Source of the DNA: a virus
Taxonomy: Duplodnaviria; Caudoviricetes
DNA length: 28,859 nucleotides
IMG/VR virus record: IMGVR_UViG_3300025301_002579
Coordinates: 1-28,859 of that record
Strand: one strand, 5' to 3'
Shown: positions 8,320 to 17,620 of the stretch, in pieces
Layout: every line of letters begins with the position of its first letter
Numbering within the stretch: the stretch's first letter is position 1
Notes under the pieces: generated by a model
What the model saw: only the letters and a program-made list of their open reading frames with translations
What the model was told of the DNA's origin: nothing
The model's database searches: none
Made by a program: the position numbers and the translations under genes

Positions 8320-9741
8320 TTAGAGATAGTCCAAGCTAACTGACATCGCTGAAGCTCCTGCTGTAGCACCATTTGGTGCGGATACAACAGCCACAACGAT
8401 TCCAGCACTAAAGGTTGGTGGAATCGACCAAGTTAAGTTTGCACCACCATTAGCGGGTACAAAGATTTCCTTATCAGGTACAGTTGTACCCAATGTAACT
8501 GCTCCCACAGTAGCTGCATTAAACATAGTCAACCATTGGTCAACACCTGCTCGGTTTCCTAGTTGGTAGCCGTATAGGTTTGCTTTAGAAGCCTTAACAG
8601 CTAGTTTTGTTGCTACACCTGCAGAAGTTGCAAAGATAGATAACTTCGTTCCTGCATCTGGTTGAAGGATAGCTGATGTCATCAAATTGGAAGCATCACC
8701 CTGAATAGCTGAGGAGCGTAGCAAGGCTGCATCATCTGACTTGGCTGACACATCTAGGTTAGAAGCATCGGCTTGAATAGCAGATATTCTATGATTGCTA
8801 GCGTCTGCCATAATTGCCGATACTCTCAAAGTACCTCCATCGAGAGACTTAGCTGAAACATCTAAATTAACTGCGTCTGTTTGAACTACTGTAACATCTC
8901 CAATTGCTGACACGTGGAATGTTCCAGCATCATCAGAGAAAGCTGACACTCTAAGATTATCAGCGTCTGGTTGGTCTACATCAATAGTTCCTGAAACGGT
9001 AAGAGTTCCGATGGCTGACATCCTTAATAGACCTGCATCCTCTGATTTAGCCGATACGTCTAGATTACTTGCGTCATCTTGTACAGCCGAAGCACGTAAT
9101 AATGCTCCGTCCTTTGACTTAGCGGAGACGTTTAAGTTTGAGGCGTCGTCTTGAATAGCGGATACTCTGTGATTAGCTCCATCACCTCCGATAGAAGATA
9201 CCCTGAGCAGTCCAGCGTCATCACTTTTTGCTGAAACAGATGCCTCATTAGCGTCTTCAGTTCCTATTCGTACTGCTAATTGCTCACTAGCTGATGTAGC
9301 TAAACCGCTAAAATCAACGGTTTTTGAGCTTAACACCATTGCTGATACAGTCTGGACACGTCCATCTACTAGAACACTGTCCCCAGTTGTTCCTCCAACG
9401 GCAGACATACGAAGCAAGCCCGCATCATCGCTCTTGGCAGACACCATTAAGTTACCTGCATCTCCTTGAATAGCGGACATGCGGTGAGTTGAAGCATCTC
9501 CTTGAAGTGCTGAAACCCTTAACAAGCCTCCGTCATCGCTTTTTGCGGACATCATTAGATTTCCAGCGTCAGTTTGAAAAGCTGATATTCGGTTATTACT
9601 AGCGTCACCATCAAGGGTAAGCGTTCCACCAGCAGTAATAGAGGATACCTTAAAAACAGGAGTACCATCACCTGAGATAGCAGTAGTAGCATTCACCACC
9701 GCTTGACTGGTTTCCATTCTTCCTTTGTCGTTAATAGGCAT
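8320..9741 (-). CDS. Fibre-like protein with 12-aa tandem repeats and C-terminal beta domain
   Basis: 473 aa; 21 copies of D-(A/G)-x-x-(L/H)-x-(V/M/I)-S-A-x-(S/Q/G)-x, then an approximately 110-aa beta-rich domain. Confidence 0.6.
   Translation of the reverse strand: MPINDKGRMETSQAVVNATTAISGDGTPVFKVSSITAGGTLTLDGDASNNRISAFQTDAGNLMMSAKSDDGGLLRVSALQGDASTHRMSAIQGDAGNLMVSAKSDDAGLLRMSAVGGTTGDSVLVDGRVQTVSAMVLSSKTVDFSGLATSASEQLAVRIGTEDANEASVSAKSDDAGLLRVSSIGGDGANHRVSAIQDDASNLNVSAKSKDGALLRASAVQDDASNLDVSAKSEDAGLLRMSAIGTLTVSGTIDVDQPDADNLRVSAFSDDAGTFHVSAIGDVTVVQTDAVNLDVSAKSLDGGTLRVSAIMADASNHRISAIQADASNLDVSAKSDDAALLRSSAIQGDASNLMTSAILQPDAGTKLSIFATSAGVATKLAVKASKANLYGYQLGNRAGVDQWLTMFNAATVGAVTLGTTVPDKEIFVPANGGANLTWSIPPTFSAGIVVAVVSAPNGATAGASAMSVSLDYL
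8662..9606 (-). repeat. 36-bp degenerate coding repeat array (21 units in 4 blocks)
   Basis: Blocks of 6, 7, 2 and 6 units, e.g. DASNNRISAFQT/DAGNLMMSAKSD/DGGLLRVSALQG/DASTHRMSAIQG. Confidence 0.9.
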
Positions 9742-9743
9742 AT

Positions 9744-10082
9744 TTACTTATAAATTATTGTTATATTTGTATCACTCGACCCTGAACTGATTACCAGTCC
9801 GTTATCAAATTTCAATCCATACTGGACTGTGGTACCGTCTGCAGTGGCAGCACCAATGTCTCCTATTGTAGTTCCACCTGATACAGTGTTGTCATATAAT
9901 CTGAACGCACTGGTTGGGGATTCTCCAATCACTATTTGTTTCAAAAACCCTGCTCCACTTTTAACTAGAGTTTGTGCAGAGGTGGTTATGTTGGTATAAG
10001 AATATCCCTCGCTTAAGGGAGCATCTACATCTGTGTCCCAGTTAGCGTTTTGAATTTCTTGTACTGATATTAATTTTGCCAT
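9744..10082 (-). CDS. Small beta-sandwich virion protein (spike-base-like candidate)
   Basis: 112 aa; TLVKSGAGFLKQIVIG...RLYDN...FDNGLVI pattern, resembling the C-terminal domain of the adjacent fibre. Confidence 0.5.
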   Translation of the reverse strand: MAKLISVQEIQNANWDTDVDAPLSEGYSYTNITTSAQTLVKSGAGFLKQIVIGESPTSAFRLYDNTVSGGTTIGDIGAATADGTTVQYGLKFDNGLVISSGSSDTNITIIYK

Positions 10083-10083
10083 G

Positions 10084-10572
10084 TTATGCTATTGCTCTTA
10101 ATGCTAATTTTAATTGATGTTTTAGCGATGCGACTTTTTGTATTGCTAATTTATGCCTATATTCCTCCAAATATCCATCCGATGATTTTTTGTTGCTGAT
10201 AGATGCTTCGGTGAACATTCTCTCTAAAACTCTGACTCCTCCTTTTTGTAATAGTATGCTTTCTAGTGATTCGGGTAATCCTTCCAGTAAGCGAGTCAGT
10301 GTCATATCATAACCAGCTGTTGTTTCTGCATGCGATTGACCTCTTATAAAATCATCTACTGCTAAGGCTTTAGCTTCTACGGCTGGGTCTATTCTGAAAT
10401 CATTACGTATTCTTAATTTTTCAACGATGTACGGATGTCCCTCTCTAGCTTCAAACTCACTAATCTCTCTGGCTTCTGGTCCAACATCTTCGGCTACAGG
10501 TCTATTCTCTGGCATTGGATGCCTGTTCGGATTTGCCTCTCTATCTTTTTCAAGCCACTTTACTTCGTTCAT
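10084..10572 (-). CDS. Hypothetical protein
   Basis: 162 aa ORF, TAATG-coupled to the adaptor gene; charged and helical; no motif recognised. Confidence 0.7.
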   Translation of the reverse strand: MNEVKWLEKDREANPNRHPMPENRPVAEDVGPEAREISEFEAREGHPYIVEKLRIRNDFRIDPAVEAKALAVDDFIRGQSHAETTAGYDMTLTRLLEGLPESLESILLQKGGVRVLERMFTEASISNKKSSDGYLEEYRHKLAIQKVASLKHQLKLALRAIA

Positions 10573-11279
10573 TAATTTATTCTATTAAACATATTTATAA
10601 CTGGGTCAGTTGAACGACCTCTGACTCTAGTAACATCTCTGGTGGTGAGAATTTGTCTAACTCCCGTAGTCTGATTATTCAAATCTCTAATCATTTGTTG
10701 CTTCATTCTTTCGTACTCATTTCTAATCTGCATAGCTTCAGCACTTCTCCCTCTCCGTCTTAATCCTAAGGATTCTCCATAAAGAACTAGAGCTTCATAG
10801 TATTTCTCTGGGATTTCAGGAATAGCAGATGCCGCTGAAACCGAAGGTATTTCTTTCTGATAATCAAAGTTTAAGGTAACTCCTCCTCCTGGTACTGGGA
10901 AAACTTCTAATTGAGCGTTTACTCCTTGACCTCTAAGAGTGTATATCATTGGTATGCCAGTTTCAGTAGCTGAAGGTTGTAAAATATCAAAGTCTTGTGG
11001 TGATAGGTATTGCAAGGTTACATCTCCACCTGGATAGGTAACTGTGTTCATCTTTTCAAAATCACTGGCGATAGCAGACATTGTATAAAATCTAGTTCCT
11101 GCTGTTAGAGCTTTATTAGCCGAAGCATAGAGAAAAGGAGCGAACCCAAAAGTATTGGTGATATCTCTCATGGCAAGGTTAATCCAACCCGTGTAAGTAC
11201 TTGTGTTATCACTCTCTGCTTCATTGAGTCGCAGAGCAATCTCAGTCCTTATTGATCCTGTTGATGATATTAATGCCAT
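10572..11279 (-). CDS. Head-tail adaptor (podovirus adaptor-type protein)
   Basis: 235 aa; N-terminal helices (IALRLNE..WINLAMRDI), beta middle (TGIPMIYT, LEVFPVP), PEIPEKYYEALVLYG, C-terminal helix; first structural gene after the island. Confidence 0.7.
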   Translation of the reverse strand: MALISSTGSIRTEIALRLNEAESDNTSTYTGWINLAMRDITNTFGFAPFLYASANKALTAGTRFYTMSAIASDFEKMNTVTYPGGDVTLQYLSPQDFDILQPSATETGIPMIYTLRGQGVNAQLEVFPVPGGGVTLNFDYQKEIPSVSAASAIPEIPEKYYEALVLYGESLGLRRRGRSAEAMQIRNEYERMKQQMIRDLNNQTTGVRQILTTRDVTRVRGRSTDPVINMFNRIN

Positions 11280-11288
11280 CTTATATAT

Positions 11289-11314
11289 GAAAAACCAGCA
11301 GATGCTGGCTCTTC
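11289..11314 (-). terminator. Putative intrinsic terminator closing the glycosylation island
   Basis: Minus strand GAAGAGCCAGC-ATCT-GCTGGTTTTTC: GC-rich stem running into a U tract, about 30 nt after the stop of the last GT. Confidence 0.55.
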
Positions 11315-11342
11315 TTTAAACCTGTGCTTAGGTTATATTTTC

Positions 11343-12542
11343 CTAAGCTAATTGTTTATATTTACCTTTCTTAACCTTCTTGAAAACCTTTTTCTTTCCG
11401 AAGAAATCGTGGTACTTCTTATGAATTTCTTTGTACACTGCATCCCATTTCTTACAGTTGTTCCTTATGTCGAAATCTTTACTGATTCTTTCAAAAGCGT
11501 TCTCCCCTATATTATACCTTAGCTTCTCATCTTTTACCAAGCTGTCAATAGCTTCGTACCATTCATTCCTCTCCTTTACTAGTATACCATCTTTGCCATT
11601 GTTGATACATCTATAAGGCTCAACATCCGAGGCGACAGTCGCCCATTTACAAGCTGAGTATTCCATCCAGCGTAAATTAGACTTTCCTCGATTAAACATA
11701 TTATCTGCTAATGGAGCTAAGCTGATATCCAATCCGAGCGCTCTTAACTCTTTAGGCCATGTCTCCAGCTCTAACCAGGGAATCCACTCTATTCTGTCTT
11801 TCAGCTCTTTTGGCCAATCCTCGAAATGAGATCTATAAACATGTGTCATGAAAAGAATCACATTAGAATGTTCTTCTAAGATTCTCTTTAATGGCGGTTT
11901 AATAATCTTTATTCCTTCTGTGTGAGCAGACGAGCCAATGAATCCTACTCTAATCTTGCCGTCATCAAATTTCTTAATAGGGTATTTCTCCCACTCCTTA
12001 ACATCAATGTTATTGGGAAGATGATAGATTTTAGGATTGTCCTCTTTATAAACTTCTACCAAGTTCTCGGTGCTTACAGTGATGGCATCAAAAACTTTAC
12101 CAACAGCGTGCTTGTTCCACATCAGAGCCTCTGACCCTGGGTGATAACCTGTATAGCCAGGGTTGCTCGGTCTCACATGCTGAACATTATCGTCTGTATC
12201 CATTACTATCGGCATGTTAAAAAACTCTCGTATCCCTCCCCATTGGGCGTAATAATCGCCTTTATCATGTCTCCCTACAACAATTAAATCTGCCCACATA
12301 GCAACCTCAAATAAGGTGTGCATATCCATTAAAGCGTGATCTCCTTTGCCAAATCTAAAATCACTTATCGTTGCATTTTGTATATCCAAGTCTCTTAATA
12401 CTTTGGCTGGTAGATATTGACGATAGAATCCTACACCAGAATTTTCTGCTACGTGATAATAAACATTTAACTGACCTTCTGTTTTCTTGGGCATCCTACC
12501 CAAAACATCTACTCCTTTTTTCTTCGGTTTCTTTTTAGACAT
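11343..12542 (-). CDS. GT-B fold glycosyltransferase (GT4-like)
   Basis: SGVGFYRQYLP, MDTDD, DAITVSTENL, LPNNID, VGFIGSSAH, DISLAPLADNMFNRGKSNLRWMEYSA, VASDVEPY, GILV. Confidence 0.85.
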   Translation of the reverse strand: MSKKKPKKKGVDVLGRMPKKTEGQLNVYYHVAENSGVGFYRQYLPAKVLRDLDIQNATISDFRFGKGDHALMDMHTLFEVAMWADLIVVGRHDKGDYYAQWGGIREFFNMPIVMDTDDNVQHVRPSNPGYTGYHPGSEALMWNKHAVGKVFDAITVSTENLVEVYKEDNPKIYHLPNNIDVKEWEKYPIKKFDDGKIRVGFIGSSAHTEGIKIIKPPLKRILEEHSNVILFMTHVYRSHFEDWPKELKDRIEWIPWLELETWPKELRALGLDISLAPLADNMFNRGKSNLRWMEYSACKWATVASDVEPYRCINNGKDGILVKERNEWYEAIDSLVKDEKLRYNIGENAFERISKDFDIRNNCKKWDAVYKEIHKKYHDFFGKKKVFKKVKKGKYKQLA

Positions 12543-13518
12543 ATTTGTATAAGGTGTCTCTTATTTTTTTATTAGCTCCAAATTTAGGAGGAGTGATTGG
12601 TCTTCCTTTAAAATCTTTAACTGCATCATAGACCTTTCTCATATCTGCACCAACTAAAACTCCTCCCCGTTTATTAATTATTTCTGTCCATTCTGTTGTA
12701 TCTCTTAGAATGATGACTGGCTTTTGCATCCAATAACCTTCCCTTTGGATTCCTCCCGAATCAGTAATTACTTTGGTGCAATTAGAGATTAGGGAAAGGA
12801 TGCTCTTATATTCTTGCGGAGGAATAACCTCAATGTTTTTAGGAATTTTTATCTTAAACTTCCTGAGCATCTTCTTGGTTCTAGGGTGAATAGGAAAGAT
12901 AATGCGTTCATTAGATAAATCTAACGCCTTCATAATGTCTCTTAATCGGCTCTTATTGTCGGTATTAAAATCTCTATGAAGCGTAAGAAGCATGTATTTT
13001 TTATAGTCCTTAGTCCTTTTAACAGGCATAAACTTATTCAGTGCATCAAAGGAAGAATCGCCTACCACATGGATTCCTTTTTTAATCCCTTCCTTCATGA
13101 GATTGATTGCTGCATCTTGGTTGGGACATAATTTAACCTTTGCAATTCGATCAATCAAAACTCTATTAACTTCTTCTGGCATTTCCCAGTCATAACTTCT
13201 GACACCAGCTTCTATGTGAGCCACTGGTATTTTTGCGTAAGCGGCGGCTAATGCACCTGCTAAAGAGCTGTTAGTATCTCCGAAAACCACCACTATATCT
13301 GGTTTATTTTCAAGGAATAGCTTGGTTAGTTTGTCTATCATTTGCCCTACCTTTTTACACCCTAAATTATATTTTGGTTTAGGAAGTTTTCTCTGGTCAA
13401 AGAAAGACTGCGACATTTCATAATCGTAATGTTGGCCAGTATGAACAATAGTTTGTTTTAGCTTAGGGTCTATTTTAATAAAGTTGGGTCTAGCTCCAAC
13501 TACGGTGTATATCTTCAT
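12535..13518 (-). CDS. wecB: Non-hydrolysing UDP-GlcNAc 2-epimerase (WecB/WbpI family)
   Basis: VVGARPNFIK, HTGQHYD, VFGDTNSSLAGAL, HIEAGVRS, MPEEVNR, TLHR, FPIHPRT, TDSGGIQREG, LRDTTEW. Confidence 0.93.
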   Translation of the reverse strand: MKIYTVVGARPNFIKIDPKLKQTIVHTGQHYDYEMSQSFFDQRKLPKPKYNLGCKKVGQMIDKLTKLFLENKPDIVVVFGDTNSSLAGALAAAYAKIPVAHIEAGVRSYDWEMPEEVNRVLIDRIAKVKLCPNQDAAINLMKEGIKKGIHVVGDSSFDALNKFMPVKRTKDYKKYMLLTLHRDFNTDNKSRLRDIMKALDLSNERIIFPIHPRTKKMLRKFKIKIPKNIEVIPPQEYKSILSLISNCTKVITDSGGIQREGYWMQKPVIILRDTTEWTEIINKRGGVLVGADMRKVYDAVKDFKGRPITPPKFGANKKIRDTLYKYV

Positions 13519-14291
13519 AAGTCGTCTACTGAAGTTATATTTTTGTCTACAGTGTTTTTAAACATTTCAGCTCTAGCTTCTATCCCATACTTGCCACGCA
13601 ATATATCTTTGCAGATAACTTTCATATCTTGCCTTCGCCAACCCACAGCTTCTCCATGAACATTGATAGAATCGGGTGAATCGGTGTACTCGTATAAATT
13701 CTTATAGAGAGGTTGAAACTTCACATCGTTAAGAGCGAACTCCAATAACATCTGGTAATCATCACAACACCTTATTCTTTCGTCATAAGGATGTCTCATG
13801 ATTATATGTCTTTTATAGGCTATCTGACCTGGAATATACTGCTCACTCAAAAGATGGTCTTTCGAGTAGGGACGAACTGGTCTTATTCCTCTTACAATGG
13901 AGTCGTGATAAACATCGTAAAACTTTAGGTACATTCCGTGATAGACAGCTTCTGCATAGGGATGTTGCTCAAAGCACTTGACAATCTCCTCTAATCGGTC
14001 TGGAAAGGCAACGTCATCACTGTCATGAACGACTATTATATCGCCTTTAGCTAGTTTATTCCCTATATTCCTCACCTTTGACACATAACCAGAATGTTCT
14101 GCTTTGTGGTAGACAATTTTGGGATAAGCAAAGTTTTTGACAATTCGCTCTGTATGGTCGTCTGAGCCGTCATCAACGATGATTAGCTCCCAATCCTTAA
14201 AGGTCTGGTCAATCACGCTTCTAATCGCATGCTGGATCACTCTAGCCCTATTGTAGGTGGGCATCACTACGCTTACTTTTATTTTCTCCAT
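13515..14291 (-). CDS. GT2 family glycosyltransferase
   Basis: VSVVMPTYNR, ELIIVDDGSDD, RNIG, HDSDD (DxD), CDDYQM. Confidence 0.92.
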   Translation of the reverse strand: MEKIKVSVVMPTYNRARVIQHAIRSVIDQTFKDWELIIVDDGSDDHTERIVKNFAYPKIVYHKAEHSGYVSKVRNIGNKLAKGDIIVVHDSDDVAFPDRLEEIVKCFEQHPYAEAVYHGMYLKFYDVYHDSIVRGIRPVRPYSKDHLLSEQYIPGQIAYKRHIIMRHPYDERIRCCDDYQMLLEFALNDVKFQPLYKNLYEYTDSPDSINVHGEAVGWRRQDMKVICKDILRGKYGIEARAEMFKNTVDKNITSVDDL

Positions 14292-15013
14292 TTTAGATTA
14301 GGATAGTTAAAACTGTTAATATTATATTCTTTTTTAAGAATATCTCTCATTTTCTTTTCGTCTCTAACATAAGCTCCATTTTTTTCACCCAATTTACTGT
14401 TGGAGTCATTTCTCATAGCATAGTCATACAGTCCCTCATTTATCATGGCTATCTTTTTACCTCTTAAATAGGCATCCATTATTAGCATCCAGTCCTCTGA
14501 GCATTCCAACATTCTGTAAGGGTTTTCCGTTATAAATTCCTTAGTATAAGAAAAAGCTCCCGAAATATATTGTTCCTTTAAGATACGGTCACTTATTTTC
14601 TGAGCGGATATATATATTTTTCTCATACGCCCAGTCTTATCATAGAATACTTGGTACATTCCATGATAGATGAAGTCTGCTTTTGTTTTCTTCCATTCTT
14701 TATAAACCCTCTCTAATCTATTTGGCAAACTTAGGTCATCGCTATCTTGTTTGACAATTAAATCAGCCTGAGCCATTTCATTCCCTACATGCAACGCTGA
14801 AACCAACCCTTTATGCTCTAACGTAACAAATCTTAACCGTGGTTCTAGTTTAGAGCATTCAGTAAGAAGCTTAGTTGTCTCGTCTGTCGAACCATCATCT
14901 ATAACTATTAATTCCCAATCTTTGAAACTTTGGTCAAATATACTCTGAATAGCAAACGCCAATAACTGACACCTGTTATATGTCGGTAATATAACGCTTA
15001 CTTTAGGTCGCAT
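14279..15013 (-). CDS. GT2 family glycosyltransferase
   Basis: VSVILPTYNR, ELIVIDDGSTD, QDSDD, SEDWML; paralogous to the adjacent GT2. Confidence 0.92.
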   Translation of the reverse strand: MRPKVSVILPTYNRCQLLAFAIQSIFDQSFKDWELIVIDDGSTDETTKLLTECSKLEPRLRFVTLEHKGLVSALHVGNEMAQADLIVKQDSDDLSLPNRLERVYKEWKKTKADFIYHGMYQVFYDKTGRMRKIYISAQKISDRILKEQYISGAFSYTKEFITENPYRMLECSEDWMLIMDAYLRGKKIAMINEGLYDYAMRNDSNSKLGEKNGAYVRDEKKMRDILKKEYNINSFNYPNLKWRK

Positions 15014-17148
15014 AATAGAATTGTCTTATCTTTTAGCTTAACTTTCTTTAAGACCTTGAAGTTCTTTTCATAAGGATGGTCATGACAATAGTATCTTGAT
15101 GGGAATCCCATTGGTTCTATGAGAAGTAGCTTTTTGCCCATCGCCTTTAATGCTTTAACTGCCTTAGGCCATTCTTTAGCTGTTATATGTTCAAAACAAG
15201 TATAAGAAAAGATAAGCTCATGCTTTTTCTCTGGCTTGTAATCTTCTACCTTAATAGCTTCTAGGTTGTCTTTTTCATGAGGGAATCTTAATTGAGCTGC
15301 TCCTATTAGATTCTGTGAGATATCAATACCCTTATACTTCTCCACACCCCATTCTTTGAGATGAGTATACCACCGAGCATCACCACACCCAACATCAACC
15401 ACATCTTTAGCATTTACTTCTTTAAATACTTTCTGCACCTCATCAACTTCAATCTTCATTTCTCTAGCTTGGTCTGACCATGATCTAGCTCGGCTTTCCC
15501 AATAAGATTTAGGGTCATAAGTGGATAACTTTTTCATTGTTTTTCGGTATGTGCTGTGATTTAATACTTTTCTCCAATGAGCCGATCCTTTTTTGTTCTG
15601 ACCTTCCTCACACATTTCTTTTAATTTTTTAATACCATCTACTGCGTGTTTTACTGTAAAGTTTTTAAGACTCAACGTTCCATAGATAGGCACACTTTGG
15701 ATTGAATGTCTGCCTGCTAGGATAAACTCTAAGACACTGATAGGTAATCCATCGTGTTGAGGAAATCTCATGATAGCCGAGCATTCCTTAATGAAACCCT
15801 CCATGTCATGAACATAACCCATGTACTCACAGTTCTTACCTAATGCTGGGTCTTCTCCTGTTTGTCTAGGATTACCGAAGAACTTGAACTTAACATCAGG
15901 AAGTTTCTTAACTATTTCCTGCATTTCTTTTGGTCGGTAGAACTCCCTATTAACAGCTGGCATATAACAAGCAACGGTAAAGTCTTTAGGAAGTGGTTGC
16001 ATTTTATAGAGCTTGGCTGGCGGTAAAGGTACTATCTTAGCGTCAATACCCAACTCCTTTAACTCGTCTTGAATAAAGTCGCTCTCACACAAAACTTCAT
16101 CAACGGCATTCTTAAAGTAATTACGCCAAACCTTTAGATTGTTGAGGGAAACATTAAATAGTTGCCATACATCTGTACCTACAAAATGAACAATCTTTTT
16201 AGCTGGTGTTCTCCCTTCTTCTTGTCTATAAAGATTATTGAAGAACATCTGGTCTTGCTTTACTCCAAACTGCGGATAGAAACCAATGGAATAAAGAGCG
16301 TCATATTCATGCGGTTTAAACGAAGGCATTTCTTTATAATCTGCTCCCAGAATATAAGCTAATCTTTTGGCATGAAACCCTGCTCCTAGTGAAGCTACGC
16401 ATAGCTTTCTCTTTGGAATACCATGCTTCTTTTTAATAGCATTAGTTCTAGCAAGCCAGTTCTCGGCTGAATCATAAGACAGTCCTCCCTTATGAGGAAT
16501 TGTTGTGCCAAAGAATATATCTTGAACAAAAACTCCCTTTCCTCCGTTCTTCACTACTGATAACCAATAATCCCAGTCTTGTAAGGATTTAATCTTCGAG
16601 TCCCAGAGTCCGTCTGGTTGATTCATTTTCTTAGCATATTCCCAAAACTTCTCTCGCCTAATAGGGAATGAGCCATCAATGTAGTTAGTTACTTCTAATA
16701 GATAAGGGTCAAAAGCTCCTCCCATATAATCTTGACCTTCCAATGGCTCGCCATCCTCATCAATGAAACGATACCCTCCATACATAAAGTCATATTCTGG
16801 GAAGTCCTCTAAAGTGTCGTGCCATATTCGTGCCATTCCTGCATAAAGGATTGCATCGGCTGGAAGGAACGCTAGATACTTTCCTGTCGCTACCTTTGCT
16901 CCTTTATTTCTTGCTATACAAGCACCTTTGTTTTTCTCGAAGTTAATAAATTTATCTATTAATCCTACCGATTTTAAGTTCTCTAATACCTCCTTGCTCT
17001 TATCGGTTGAGCCATCATTAATAGCGATAATTTCTATGTTAGGTAAATCTTGATCTCTAACAGATAACACCATCTTCTCAATAGTGTCGGCATCGTTATA
17101 ACAAGGGACGATAAAACTAATTGTTGCTTCTTTATTTTTTGTGGTCAT
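14998..17148 (-). CDS. Tri-domain GT2 + GT-B-like + class I SAM methyltransferase fusion
   Basis: N-terminal SFIVPCYND, INDGSTD, GACIARN, LQDWDYW (GT2); middle HFVGTDV, EYMGYV, HDGLPISVLEFILAGR (GT-B-like); C-terminal YWESRA, VVDVGCGDAR, GIDIS, CFEHI (methyltransferase). Confidence 0.85.
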   Translation of the reverse strand: MTTKNKEATISFIVPCYNDADTIEKMVLSVRDQDLPNIEIIAINDGSTDKSKEVLENLKSVGLIDKFINFEKNKGACIARNKGAKVATGKYLAFLPADAILYAGMARIWHDTLEDFPEYDFMYGGYRFIDEDGEPLEGQDYMGGAFDPYLLEVTNYIDGSFPIRREKFWEYAKKMNQPDGLWDSKIKSLQDWDYWLSVVKNGGKGVFVQDIFFGTTIPHKGGLSYDSAENWLARTNAIKKKHGIPKRKLCVASLGAGFHAKRLAYILGADYKEMPSFKPHEYDALYSIGFYPQFGVKQDQMFFNNLYRQEEGRTPAKKIVHFVGTDVWQLFNVSLNNLKVWRNYFKNAVDEVLCESDFIQDELKELGIDAKIVPLPPAKLYKMQPLPKDFTVACYMPAVNREFYRPKEMQEIVKKLPDVKFKFFGNPRQTGEDPALGKNCEYMGYVHDMEGFIKECSAIMRFPQHDGLPISVLEFILAGRHSIQSVPIYGTLSLKNFTVKHAVDGIKKLKEMCEEGQNKKGSAHWRKVLNHSTYRKTMKKLSTYDPKSYWESRARSWSDQAREMKIEVDEVQKVFKEVNAKDVVDVGCGDARWYTHLKEWGVEKYKGIDISQNLIGAAQLRFPHEKDNLEAIKVEDYKPEKKHELIFSYTCFEHITAKEWPKAVKALKAMGKKLLLIEPMGFPSRYYCHDHPYEKNFKVLKKVKLKDKTILLCDLK

Positions 17149-17620
17149 AAAAATCTTTTAAGTTCTTTTTAATTCGTGCGGGATTCCCAGCGACAAAGCA
17201 TTCGTCTGGAACATCTTTAGTAACTACTGCTCCATCAGCAATAATGGCTCTCCGACCAATTTTAATTCCTCCCACTATTGTTGCGTTTGCACCAATCGAA
17301 ACTTCATCTTCAATGATTATATCCAATATCTTTTTAGCTTTGCGATAAGCAAATGGCTTCCTTACATTGGTGAAGTTAGCACCATTACCGATAAATACCT
17401 TGTTCTTGATAATAGTCCCAGGGTATATGTTTACGTTGTTGCCTATCTTAACATCATCACCAATAATAGACCCTTCGCCGATGTAACATTTTTCTCCGAC
17501 ATTAGTATCTCGTCCTATCTTTGCACTATGACAAATGTGGGTGAAATACCACACCTTGCTTCCTTGTCCTACCGATACATCTTCCTCAATTATTGAGCTT
17601 ACTGAATAAAAGAAATCCAT
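17132..17620 (-). CDS. wbpD: Hexapeptide-repeat sugar N-acetyltransferase (WbpD/WlbB-like)
   Basis: VGQGSKVWYFTHI, hexapeptide repeats, FTNVRKP, SIGANATI, VVTKDVP..AGNPAR; TAATG-coupled to the WbpB-like gene. Confidence 0.8.
   Translation of the reverse strand: MDFFYSVSSIIEEDVSVGQGSKVWYFTHICHSAKIGRDTNVGEKCYIGEGSIIGDDVKIGNNVNIYPGTIIKNKVFIGNGANFTNVRKPFAYRKAKKILDIIIEDEVSIGANATIVGGIKIGRRAIIADGAVVTKDVPDECFVAGNPARIKKNLKDFYDHKK

Noticed and set aside
8662-9606. 36-bp periodicity as a CRISPR array or DGR repeat
   Set aside because: Repeats are degenerate, in frame and conserved at protein level, with no spacers; no cas or reverse transcriptase gene is present.
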